64,000 nt of DNA from an uncultured Candidatus Saccharibacteria bacterium (lineage in GTDB: Bacteria > Patescibacteriota > Saccharimonadia > Saccharimonadales > Saccharimonadaceae): the NCBI GenBank assembly GCA_947305705.1, contig CAMZEB010000003.1:2599-66598 (forward strand), given 5' to 3'. Position 1 is the first letter of the stretch; the number at the start of each line of letters is the position of its first letter. Shown piece by piece: positions 25,748 through 34,267 of this stretch. The translations under genes and the position numbers were made by a program. The notes beneath the pieces were generated by a model. It had not been told where the DNA came from. It did not search any database and was given only the letters and a program-made list of their open reading frames with translations.

Positions 25748-27104
25748 TGATTTGAATCTCCTCTCCTCCGCCCATTATTGCGGCGATACTTGCTACTTCT
25801 GGATCATTTGCCAAGGTGTCGCCTGTTATTTCGATTACGATATTTTGTGGGATTACCTCTGTTATGAATTTGCGTCGTTTGTCGATATTCTTAGCTTTAA
25901 CATAATTGCCGGTGTATATCTTAAGGGTGTTGTTTGAGAGGGTGTATTTTGAGGATACGATGTCGCTTGTGAGGAGGGGGGATTTTTGAGCGATGTTCTG
26001 GACGATGGCTTGCCAGATTTCTTCAGCGTTTGCGTCGTTTGGGACTATTGGTGTTGGTTTTGGCTGTGGCTTCACTGGTTCAATCACTTTCGGTTCATCT
26101 TGAATAGGTTGCGTCGTTGGTGCTGCGGCGGTCTGGACTATAGGTTTTGGCACTGGTTGCCTAGGTATGGCTAGCTGTTCGTTCTGGCAAAGTGCGATTA
26201 GCAATTTTGCAGCTGGAAATGCGGCACGGTTAACTTCTGTCAATTTGTCTAGTAATGGTAGAAAACATTGTTCTGGGTTTGAGATTATTGAGTCAATCAA
26301 TTCGCCTGCGGTTGTTTCTGGTTTTATGCCGGAATCGCTCAACTCGGTGAGTAATTGGCGGATTTTTGTGAGGTCATTCGCCTTGTAGGACTGAAGTATT
26401 TCTTCGGTGATAGCTTGCTGTGGCAGGCCGAGTGCTTTTGTTAGGAGCTCGCCGGTGATTTTCTGGTCGCTAAGTGTTGAGACTTGGTCTAGTAGCGACA
26501 AAGTGTCGCGGAATGACCCTCCGCCACGTTTCACGACGATTTTTAGTGCTTCATCATCGATGTCGATTTTTTCTTTTGCGCAAATATTCTTGAGATGAGT
26601 AAACATCGTGCTTGGATCGGCAAGCTTGAATGTAAAGACCTGGCTGCGGCTCGTAATCGTGATTGGCACTTTGTAGGCGTCGGTTGTTGCCATAATGAAA
26701 ATGACGTGTTCTGGCGGCTCCTCGAGCGTTTTGAGTAAGGCATTAAACGCAGACTTACTCAGCATATGGACTTCGTCAATGATATAGACTTTGTATTTGC
26801 CTTTGGTTGGTGCGATAATTGCGCGTTCTCTGAGGTCGCGAATATTATCTACGCCAGTGTTGCTGGCGGCGTCAATTTCGATAATATCTAGATAATCGTC
26901 TTCGAGTTCATATTTAAAGCCGTTGATTTCGTGGGCAAGAATGCGTGCGACGGATGTTTTGCCAGTGCCGCGTGGGCCAATAAAAATATAGGCGTGAGAA
27001 AGCTTTCCATTTGCGATGGAATTTTTGAGAACAGTAGTAATTTGCTCTTGACCGATGACCTCGTCAAGAGTTTTTGGGCGATACCTCCTGTATAAAGCCT
27101 TCAT
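25740..27104 (-). CDS. dnaX: DNA polymerase III gamma/tau subunit (zinc module absent)
   Basis: YRPKTLDEVIGQE, GPRGTGKTS, IIDEVHMLS, LKTLEEPPEHV. Start revised to MKALYRRYRP. Confidence 0.9.
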   Translation of the reverse strand: MKALYRRYRPKTLDEVIGQEQITTVLKNSIANGKLSHAYIFIGPRGTGKTSVARILAHEINGFKYELEDDYLDIIEIDAASNTGVDNIRDLRERAIIAPTKGKYKVYIIDEVHMLSKSAFNALLKTLEEPPEHVIFIMATTDAYKVPITITSRSQVFTFKLADPSTMFTHLKNICAKEKIDIDDEALKIVVKRGGGSFRDTLSLLDQVSTLSDQKITGELLTKALGLPQQAITEEILQSYKANDLTKIRQLLTELSDSGIKPETTAGELIDSIISNPEQCFLPLLDKLTEVNRAAFPAAKLLIALCQNEQLAIPRQPVPKPIVQTAAAPTTQPIQDEPKVIEPVKPQPKPTPIVPNDANAEEIWQAIVQNIAQKSPLLTSDIVSSKYTLSNNTLKIYTGNYVKAKNIDKRRKFITEVIPQNIVIEITGDTLANDPEVASIAAIMGGGEEIQINE

Positions 27105-27110
27105 AGTTCT

Positions 27111-27116
27111 ATTATA
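27111..27116 (-). promoter_or_regulatory. -10 TATAAT, N6 to the dnaX ATG (leaderless)
   Basis: attata lies 6 nt from the start at 27104, just downstream of the aqpZ terminator. Confidence 0.45.
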
Positions 27117-27124
27117 TCGCAAAC

Positions 27125-27154
27125 AAAAAAGCGCCAATAGAGATTGGCGCTTTT
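27125..27154. terminator. terminator after the aquaporin gene
   Basis: gcgccaat/attggcgc stem flanked by an A-run and a T-run. Confidence 0.65.
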
Positions 27155-27165
27155 ATTTGTTGTAA

Positions 27166-27864
27166 TTATTTCTTTGCTTTGACGCGAGTAACTTTGGCTG
27201 GTGTTGGGTTTAGCAAGCGATAAGTGCAAGCCGCAGCAGCTGCGCCGGCAAGTGGTGCAACGATAAATACCCAGACTTGGTTGAGTGCTTCACCGCCGAG
27301 TAAGACAGCAGGTGCGAGTGAGCGTGCTGGGTTGACAGATGTTCCGGTTAGTTTGATGCCGATAATATGAACGAAGACGAGTGCTAATGCGATGATGACG
27401 CCAGCGATGCGGGAATTTTCAGCTTTGGCAGTGACGCCTAGAATGGTATAGACAAAGACAAAAGTTAGGATTATTTCGACGAGGATTGCGCCGCAGAGCG
27501 AAATGCCTGTGGCACTAAGGTCGCCGTAACCGTTCGCGCCGAGATTGTTAGTGCCAAGATTTGTGCAGCTTAGAATCGCGTAAAGGAGTCCAGAGCCTGC
27601 GAATGCGCCGGCGATTTGCGATGCGACGTAGCAGAAGAATTCCTTAATATTTAGTTTGCCGCTGATGAGCATTGCGAGCGATACGGCTGGGTTGATGTGG
27701 CAACCCGAGGCGCTTGCGATTGCGTAGGCGCCGACGATAATCGAGATGCCGAATGCAATCGATGTGATTAAAATATCGCCTGTGGTCACGGCGACACCGC
27801 AGCCGAATAGCACGAGGACGCCCGTCCCGAGAAACTCGGCGATGTATTTTTTGATATTCTCCAT
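27166..27864 (-). CDS. aqpZ: MIP-family channel (aquaporin Z-like)
   Basis: Two NPA boxes (HINPAVS, SVNPARS) and six TM helices. Confidence 0.85.
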   Translation of the reverse strand: MENIKKYIAEFLGTGVLVLFGCGVAVTTGDILITSIAFGISIIVGAYAIASASGCHINPAVSLAMLISGKLNIKEFFCYVASQIAGAFAGSGLLYAILSCTNLGTNNLGANGYGDLSATGISLCGAILVEIILTFVFVYTILGVTAKAENSRIAGVIIALALVFVHIIGIKLTGTSVNPARSLAPAVLLGGEALNQVWVFIVAPLAGAAAAACTYRLLNPTPAKVTRVKAKK

Positions 27865-27924
27865 AGATTTCCCTTTCGGTTATTATTAATTTCATTTTAG
27901 CATAAGCTATTTAATATAGACATC

Positions 27925-27947
27925 AAAAAACCGGCTTTTGGCCGGTT
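27925..27947 (-). terminator. rho-independent terminator
   Basis: aaccggc/gccggtt stem with a T-run on the minus strand. Confidence 0.6.
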
Positions 27948-27952
27948 CTATG

Positions 27953-28480
27953 TTATAGACTTGCTTCGACTGCTGCCCAAGTGGCGTCGGCGTTGTCGGC
28001 CGGAATAATTACAGTGACCTGATCACCTACTTTGATGCGGAAGTAAGTGACGGATGCGTAGAGAATCTTGTACTCTTTGCCGTTGACCTCGACAAAATAC
28101 TGGTCATCGTGGCTAGTGAGCGTGCCAATAACGGTTTTGCGCTCGACTGGGCCGATCTGCTTGTACATAAACTTGCCATTGTCGCCAATGGTGAGCTTCA
28201 AGATATCGCCCTCAACGAGCTTAGATTTCGACGCGTAGTTGGCTGGAACTGGGTAGTTCTTGCCGTCTGGGCCGATCATAATTTGGCCATCGAAAACACC
28301 CTCGATGACTTTGCCCTCTGGGCTCTCGGTAATTGTGCTGGCTGGTGCGGTGATGACATCGCCGTCGCCAAGCATTGAAGTTAATAATTCTTTCGCAGCA
28401 GAAAGATTAGTCTCTGCTTCGGTCAAAAGGCTTCGTAGTCTTTTTATTTGTTTTTCTGGTAATTCAGACATACCTCGCAT
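27953..28480 (-). CDS. hypothetical protein with N-terminal coiled coil and two small beta-rich domains
   Basis: Long ORF between the rplL terminator and its own terminator. No family recognised. Start could be 28480 or 28471. Confidence 0.55.
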   Translation of the reverse strand: MRGMSELPEKQIKRLRSLLTEAETNLSAAKELLTSMLGDGDVITAPASTITESPEGKVIEGVFDGQIMIGPDGKNYPVPANYASKSKLVEGDILKLTIGDNGKFMYKQIGPVERKTVIGTLTSHDDQYFVEVNGKEYKILYASVTYFRIKVGDQVTVIIPADNADATWAAVEASL

Positions 28481-28632
28481 CCTGTCTGTTTAATATTATT
28501 AATTATATGATATATCTTCGTGCGTTTCGAGTCAATGCAATATTTTTGATTTTTTCCACACGAATAACAGATTCGGCTGCAAAATCGTTGTATTTTTTAC
28601 CATTGACATTTTATATACATTTCAATTTCAAC

Positions 28633-28654
28633 AAAAAACAGCCCATTCGGGCTG
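28633..28654 (-). terminator. terminator after rplL
   Basis: cagccc/gggctg stem followed by TTTTTT on the minus strand. Confidence 0.7.
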
Positions 28655-28692
28655 AATTTTGCAACATTTTCTGGCTATATGTTTGATAGAAC

Positions 28693-29070
28693 TTAAGCGA
28701 GTTCGACAGTTGCGCCGGCTTCTTCGAGAGCTTTCTTGAGAGCTTCTGCTTCGTCCTTTGCAACTTTCTCTTTGACAACACCACCAGCGTCGACGATAGC
28801 TTTAGCTTCGCCAAGACCAAGACCGGTAGCTTCCTTAACTGCCTTGATGACAGCGATTTTCTGTGCACCTGCATCCTTGAGAACGACGTTATATTCGCTC
28901 TTTTCGTCAGCAGCAGCGGCACCACCTTCAGCTGGAGCTGCAGCAACAGCGACAGCGGCAGCAGCTGGCTCAATGCCATATTCGTCCTTAAGGACGTTCT
29001 TTAGCTCGTTAACTTCGAGGACGGTGAGCTTAACCAATTCCTCTGCGATTTTCTTAACATCAGCAGCCAT
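28693..29070 (-). CDS. rplL: 50S ribosomal protein L7/L12
   Basis: Ala-rich hinge and a conserved C-terminal domain ([20 protein letters not shown]). Confidence 0.95.
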   Translation of the reverse strand: MAADVKKIAEELVKLTVLEVNELKNVLKDEYGIEPAAAAVAVAAAPAEGGAAAADEKSEYNVVLKDAGAQKIAVIKAVKEATGLGLGEAKAIVDAGGVVKEKVAKDEAEALKKALEEAGATVELA

Positions 29071-29124
29071 GATTGACTCCTTTTCAAATTAATAGTTGAT
29101 AGTCCCCCTAAATAGATTGCAAAC

Positions 29125-29649
29125 TTAGGCGTTTGCCTTGTCGGCAATGCCATCGAGCAAGGCGTGCAAATTGCCAGAAAGGCCATTTGTAACGTCGTTG
29201 ACTGGGCTGAGGAGCATATCCACAACCTGGCCAATGAGTTGCTCTTTGCTTGGAAGCTTGGAAAGATCCTGGACTTCCTGTTCGCTGAGGGTTTTGCCGT
29301 CGCCAGCAAAGGCACCCTTGAGCTCGAGCGCTTCGTGTTCCTTCGCAAATTTTGCGAGGACCTGAGCTGGAGCAACTTCATCTTCGCTAGAGATAGCGTA
29401 GAGAAGCTGACCTTCGAGCGCTGAAGTGTCGGTGTCTTTGTAGACAGCGATTTCGCCCATAGCGACACGAACAAGGCGGTTCTTGACAACCTTGATCTGT
29501 ACGCCACTTTCGCGTGCCAAAGCGCGGAGTTCTTGCATCTCAGCGACTGTGAGGCCCTGATATTTTGCAAAAACGGTCATCTTGGCATCGGAAAGAATCT
29601 CGTTTAAGTCGGCAACCAATTGTTGTTTCTTATCTTTGCTAATTGCCAT
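29125..29649 (-). CDS. rplJ: 50S ribosomal protein L10
   Basis: L10 sequence pattern and its position upstream of rplL. Confidence 0.9.
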   Translation of the reverse strand: MAISKDKKQQLVADLNEILSDAKMTVFAKYQGLTVAEMQELRALARESGVQIKVVKNRLVRVAMGEIAVYKDTDTSALEGQLLYAISSEDEVAPAQVLAKFAKEHEALELKGAFAGDGKTLSEQEVQDLSKLPSKEQLIGQVVDMLLSPVNDVTNGLSGNLHALLDGIADKANA

Positions 29650-29789
29650 AGATAGAAATCTCCTTTTGGTATTAAGTTGGTAGCCAGAATGTTAATATCT
29701 ACCCTCTCAGGCAGAAAACGTCACCAATATACAAGAATTATTTCCTCGGTGGCATAATTAAGCTTTCGCCGCCACTGTCTTTGGTAACT
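29650..29789 (-). promoter_or_regulatory. long rplJ 5' leader (possible L10-leader autoregulatory structure)
   Basis: About 140 nt between the TGCTATAAT -10 and the ATG, containing a gtggc...gccac helix. Many bacteria carry an L10 leader here. Confidence 0.3.
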
Positions 29790-29795
29790 TCCGAT

Positions 29796-29804
29796 ATTAT
29801 AGCA
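29796..29804 (-). promoter_or_regulatory. extended -10 (TGCTATAAT) for rplJL
   Basis: attatagca on the plus strand. Confidence 0.5.
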
Positions 29805-29808
29805 AAAA

Positions 29809-29817
29809 TGTTAAAAT
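29809..29817 (+). promoter_or_regulatory. extended -10 (TGTTAAAAT), N6 to the rlmH ATG (leaderless), back-to-back with the rplJ promoter
   Basis: Located 6 nt upstream of the ATG at 29824. Confidence 0.45.
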
Positions 29818-29823
29818 AATGCA

Positions 29824-30252
29824 ATGATTAAGATAATTGCGGGCGGGAAAAAGTCGAATGGGTGGCTTGCCGAGGCTTGCGCTGAATATGAGAAGCGCTT
29901 GCGGAAACCTTTTGCTGTGGAGTGGGATTTTACAGACGAAGATCGGCTAACCGAAAAGGTTCTTCGGCTTAGGGCTGATGTATTTGTTGTGTTACTAGAC
30001 GAGCACGGCGAGATTTTGGATTCGCCGAAGTTGTCGCGAACGATTTCTGAGCCGCTAAATAGCGGGCGGGATGTAGTGTTTGTGCTTGGTGGAGCATTTG
30101 GGCATTTTTCTGATGAGCTTGTGAAACGAGCTAATCTAGTATGGAGTTTGTCGCGATTGGTGTTCCCGCATCAAATTTGCCGTCTAATTTTGACGGAACA
30201 GATATATCGGGCGCAGGAAATTGCGCTGGGGCACCCCTATCATCACGCTTAA
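29824..30252 (+). CDS. rlmH: 23S rRNA (pseudouridine1915-N3)-methyltransferase RlmH
   Basis: SPOUT pattern (LDEHGE, GGAFG, LSRLVFPHQ..R..L.EQIYRA). Confidence 0.85.
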   Translation: MIKIIAGGKKSNGWLAEACAEYEKRLRKPFAVEWDFTDEDRLTEKVLRLRADVFVVLLDEHGEILDSPKLSRTISEPLNSGRDVVFVLGGAFGHFSDELVKRANLVWSLSRLVFPHQICRLILTEQIYRAQEIALGHPYHHA

Positions 30253-30335
30253 GGTATTGACTATTCGTCGATTCTGTGCTATAATAGAAGGAAAGTTTCC
30301 TGAACTTGCACTAATCATAGAGGAGGTGGGAGAGT

Positions 30336-30671
30336 ATGATTAGATTAATTCTTGGATCTGGCGATTTTATTACTGCTCGTGTTGGCGGCAAGATCGTGCG
30401 TCTCGATTCTTATGAAAAATCTGATTCGATGATAAGCACTTTGTTCCGATATGAGATGATGAAGAAAGCCGGTGTTCCTGACAGTAGTAACCCGCACGCA
30501 GAAGATATGAAGCTTGCGTTTGCGCCATTCGGCGGCGTGTATGTTATGTCGATTTTTACGGCAGATACGCTTGCAAAGACTGGTCGCAAAATGGACGATG
30601 TTTGCGTGTATGACTATCAGGACATTATTGCGGTAATTCGTCGCTACAATAATAGAGGATCCAAATTGTAA
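30336..30671 (+). CDS. hypothetical protein (111 aa)
   Basis: TGCTATAAT promoter at about 30272, SD GGAGG, and a terminator downstream. Confidence 0.55.
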   Translation: MIRLILGSGDFITARVGGKIVRLDSYEKSDSMISTLFRYEMMKKAGVPDSSNPHAEDMKLAFAPFGGVYVMSIFTADTLAKTGRKMDDVCVYDYQDIIAVIRRYNNRGSKL

Positions 30672-30677
30672 AACTAG

Positions 30678-30707
30678 GCGCCCTCGTATGGGGGCGCTGT
30701 TTTTATT
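30678..30707 (+). terminator. terminator (also ends the convergent CotH operon region)
   Basis: gcgccc/gggcgc stem followed by a T-run. Confidence 0.6.
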
Positions 30708-32316
30708 CTTCAAAAGACCAGTCTAGTGGCTCTGGCTCTGTCTCGGTCAAACCGTAGTAGTAATCTGTATATTCGAGACGTTTTTTGACATATTCGCGGA
30801 AACGGTTGAGGTTTTGCGGCTCATCGTCTGGGATATAACTGCCATTTGGCCACGCAGCTTTTTCGCGTATATATGCGCCAGATTTATATATATCGGATTC
30901 GTATTTATTAATAAGATTTTGAATGTTGTTATTTGACCAATAGCTTTGGCGAAGAGCTTCGTAACGCTCTTTTGTTTGTTTTTCTATATTATTGTTATTT
31001 ATTATGTCTAAGATGAAGTTCGCTTGTGAAAATACTTTTGTCGGCTTGAAATAATAAATTATTTCATCTTTAATACCGGATTTTCCCCATGTCCCATCGA
31101 AATCCCATGGGATATAGGAAACAATATAGCTATTAGTGCTTTTTCTAAATATTAAATACGTGTTTTTGTAGTTCATATTTATCTCTGTTGCAGCGAAATC
31201 ATGGTTATTGATAAGGATATTAAATAGACTAACGTCTATAATTGAATCAATATTTGAATGCTGTTTAATATATTCCGTGTCTTTTTTGACGAGAGATTTA
31301 TTGTGGTATTCGCATAAGGTATCCCAGGCGTTATCGACGTTCTCGATTTTATCCGTTTTTAGTTCATAAACATTTTCTGTCTCGTCGCAGGTATTTAATG
31401 TCGAATTTTTCTTGAAAATGAAATCAGAGTATGTGCCGTCGGAGTTTTTGCCAATGCCTAACGCCTTTTCGTCTATCGTGGTAGAAAGTGAGTAGATTCC
31501 GGCGAATTTGCCATTTTCGATTACTTCTACGAATTTCGCTTCTACGCCTGTTTGAATGTCGTGGTCTGAGGTAGCTTCATACCAGAGTTCTTCGCTGAGT
31601 TGGTTACGTATTTTTTCGCCGTCGTTATATGGGGCGTATAGAATCCAGTCATCATCTTCGCGCATACCAAGGAGTGATTGTGATGAATTTCGATTATGCT
31701 CGCCGATTGATTTTTCGCGCAAATTGAGGCGATATGATCGCTTGTCGAGGTTTTTAGATGTTGCTCCTCTATAATGAATGCTCCCCTCAGTCTGAATAAT
31801 GCGTTTCAGGGCGTTTTTTCGGTTGTCGAAAAGCTCAAAAGACATATCAACGTCGGTCTCGGCGAGGATTTCTTGTTCGTGGCTTATAGTAATTAGCGGA
31901 AGCTTCGTAATCGCGAGCTCGTAGTAGGCATACTCTTTGTCAGTGTAGGCAATAAAATTGACAGTTTTGCCAGAGGCAATTAGGCTGTCATTGATTGTTG
32001 TTTCGCCGTAAAATGCGAGCTTGACTGCGCGGTCATTGGTCTCTATGTTTGGGGTGTACGCCTTGTCTTCGCCTCCGACGATTGAATAATACCAAGTTTT
32101 GTTTGCCTGCGCATAATAGACCTTGTGGCCGTTGAATTTAAGGCTTGTGAGGAGCTGTTCTTTGGTTTCTTCGCGTTTACTCGTTATCTCTTTTAGCTGT
32201 TCCGACGTAACGACGGCGTCCTTATAATTAGAGTGTGGCGTCAAAACTGAGGCGGCTGTTATAAACAGGCCGAGGCTCATAATTCCGATAATTATTGCTA
32301 CATAGTTTCGGTTCAT
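30703..32316 (-). CDS. CotH-family atypical kinase, N-terminally membrane anchored
   Basis: N-terminal TM helix plus CotH-like regions (YRLNLRE, DDWILYAPYND, YIPWDFDGTWG). Confidence 0.7.
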   Translation of the reverse strand: MNRNYVAIIIGIMSLGLFITAASVLTPHSNYKDAVVTSEQLKEITSKREETKEQLLTSLKFNGHKVYYAQANKTWYYSIVGGEDKAYTPNIETNDRAVKLAFYGETTINDSLIASGKTVNFIAYTDKEYAYYELAITKLPLITISHEQEILAETDVDMSFELFDNRKNALKRIIQTEGSIHYRGATSKNLDKRSYRLNLREKSIGEHNRNSSQSLLGMREDDDWILYAPYNDGEKIRNQLSEELWYEATSDHDIQTGVEAKFVEVIENGKFAGIYSLSTTIDEKALGIGKNSDGTYSDFIFKKNSTLNTCDETENVYELKTDKIENVDNAWDTLCEYHNKSLVKKDTEYIKQHSNIDSIIDVSLFNILINNHDFAATEINMNYKNTYLIFRKSTNSYIVSYIPWDFDGTWGKSGIKDEIIYYFKPTKVFSQANFILDIINNNNIEKQTKERYEALRQSYWSNNNIQNLINKYESDIYKSGAYIREKAAWPNGSYIPDDEPQNLNRFREYVKKRLEYTDYYYGLTETEPEPLDWSFEE

Positions 32317-32327
32317 TTTTTGCTCCG

Positions 32328-32996
32328 CTAAACAATATCGTCGGCGTCGTATTCGATGACGGAAAACTGTTTGATGGCTTCTGTTTCTTTTAGCTGCTCG
32401 GTCAATTCGGCTGGGTTATTGATTGAACATTCTATCGCATAATCGTAGCCCTTGTTTGTGACGTTGCGGCTTTTGATGCGATGTGTTTTGCAATGACGGC
32501 TAAGGATTTTTGTGATGGTTTCTTCTTCGTTTTTGTCACTATGAATAATTAAGATAAATGGCTTTTTGCCGAAGGTTACATTCTCCATTACGACTAGCAC
32601 AATTGTGACGATTAGCGTCGTAAAAAGCGCAACTGGATAAAGTTGGCAGCCGCAGACGATGCCGGTATGGACGGACCAGAGGAGATAAATCATATCGACT
32701 GGATCTTTGACGGCGGTGCGGAAGCGGATAATTGCAAGTGCGCCGATGGTGCCGAGTGTGATGACTACGTTTGATTGTAGACAAAGAATAATAGTCGAAA
32801 TGAAAAACGGTAATAGCGCGATTGCGATATTGAACGACTTGTTATAAAAGCTGCGGTGCGATACGAAACGATAAATTAGAAATTCGTAAATTGCGAAGAA
32901 TAATACTACGAACAATACCGTAATTATGGTTCCGGTTTCGATTATCGACGCGTTGAATGCGTTGCCGATGTTTTGGAATATATCTCCTAAATTCAT
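32328..32996 (-). CDS. DUF4956 membrane protein
   Basis: 4-5 TM helices with LAIIRFRTAVKDPVDM, plus a soluble C-terminal domain. Confidence 0.7.
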   Translation of the reverse strand: MNLGDIFQNIGNAFNASIIETGTIITVLFVVLFFAIYEFLIYRFVSHRSFYNKSFNIAIALLPFFISTIILCLQSNVVITLGTIGALAIIRFRTAVKDPVDMIYLLWSVHTGIVCGCQLYPVALFTTLIVTIVLVVMENVTFGKKPFILIIHSDKNEEETITKILSRHCKTHRIKSRNVTNKGYDYAIECSINNPAELTEQLKETEAIKQFSVIEYDADDIV

Positions 32997-33688
32997 ACTA
33001 ACTCCTCAAGTTTTTTCCTTCCTAAATAATATTTGCTAAATGATGTTTGCTTGAATCCGTGCGAGTTGACGATGTCTCTGATGTAGCTTGGTAGTATTTG
33101 ATTAAATTTTACTTCGAGGACTTGTTTGTTGCCTTCTTGAATTGGAATTTTTTGGTAGTCGCCCGTGATGAATCGATCGAAATCTTTGCTTGCTGAGATA
33201 TTTTTATCTAAGGTGATGCGAATGTTTGCGATTTGATCTACGTAGGCGATACGTTCGTAATAGATGATAGCTTTTGGCTGAAAGTTGCGAGTCATAATTG
33301 CGTAGCAGAATTTTCTAAGAAGGTTATATTTCGTTTTCCAGAGGATTTCTTCGGGTTGTCGGTCGAGGATAAAGGCGAGTTCTTTTTTTGTTAATGGGCA
33401 AGATTCTTTGTGAGTGCGTCCGAATTTTTTGTGTTTTAGCTCGAGGTGGAGGCTCTTTTTTGGCCCGCTATAATAACGAATTCTCCACTTGTATCGACGT
33501 TCTGCACCCATCGCGTTGTCGTTTGCGCAGGTGTTTTTGTAGTCGTCAAAATAAATGCTATGTATACCGTACGTATCTTCGGATAAGGCGTAATCGTCGA
33601 CTGAAAGGAGGTTTTTGACGCGCGCAGAAAGTAGGGCTAGCTCGCCCTCGGTGCAACAGTATTTCCATTCATTGCGATATTCTCGCAT
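32993..33688 (-). CDS. VTC (polyphosphate-polymerase-like triphosphate tunnel) domain protein
   Basis: Start revised to MREYRNEWKY (SD GGAGG). VTC-type alternating basic strands. 4-nt overlap with the DUF4956 gene. Confidence 0.7.
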   Translation of the reverse strand: MREYRNEWKYCCTEGELALLSARVKNLLSVDDYALSEDTYGIHSIYFDDYKNTCANDNAMGAERRYKWRIRYYSGPKKSLHLELKHKKFGRTHKESCPLTKKELAFILDRQPEEILWKTKYNLLRKFCYAIMTRNFQPKAIIYYERIAYVDQIANIRITLDKNISASKDFDRFITGDYQKIPIQEGNKQVLEVKFNQILPSYIRDIVNSHGFKQTSFSKYYLGRKKLEELV

Positions 33689-33723
33689 ATTCCTCCACCT
33701 TTTATTCTTACCATTGTAACATT

Positions 33724-34263
33724 TTATTCGATGTGTCGGCAGTTTTTGAACTGGAAAACTACACCGATTGCGAAGGCGATTCCTAGAATTAGAATGAAGT
33801 ATGGGTAATGTTCTAGCGAAAATTGTAAGACGGAATATTTTGCGATAAGTTTTGCGCCAGAAAGGGCGGTCGTTATGATGCCGAGTGGCTTTATCATAGC
33901 CGTTGCGATACAACCAACGACGACGCCTGCAGCGATAGCTAAGCCAATGAAAAGCGGATCAGTTAGCTGAAGCATTTCGATGATTGTCGTTGACACGCCG
34001 AATGTTGCGACCGCAAATATACAAAGCTTCTCGATGCTAAATCCTAGCATACCGAATAAGACGCCTGTGGCAATCGGAATGATTTGGCGCCAGATTTCAT
34101 CGATATTTATATCGGTGATTATGTATTGCGCTAATAGATAGCCGATTAAGAACCAAATGATGACAAATGCGACTTTTTTGATGCGATAGCCGAATAGGCA
34201 CAGAAAAACCCCGGCGATTATTGCTATGATTGCTTCGTATTGTTTTATAACTTCTATATCCAT
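33724..34263 (-). CDS. six-TM membrane protein (DUF4203/TMEM198-like)
   Basis: Hydrophobicity pattern only. Confidence 0.45.
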   Translation of the reverse strand: MDIEVIKQYEAIIAIIAGVFLCLFGYRIKKVAFVIIWFLIGYLLAQYIITDINIDEIWRQIIPIATGVLFGMLGFSIEKLCIFAVATFGVSTTIIEMLQLTDPLFIGLAIAAGVVVGCIATAMIKPLGIITTALSGAKLIAKYSVLQFSLEHYPYFILILGIAFAIGVVFQFKNCRHIE

Positions 34264-34267
34264 AAGC

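Noticed and set aside
28611-29570. ORFs 28611..28979, 28736..29092, 29001..29570, 29138..29365 and 29164..29424, which overlap rplL and rplJ.
   Set aside because: These are alternative-frame or antisense products of Ala/Lys-rich ribosomal protein genes. The rplL and rplJ frames are unambiguous.
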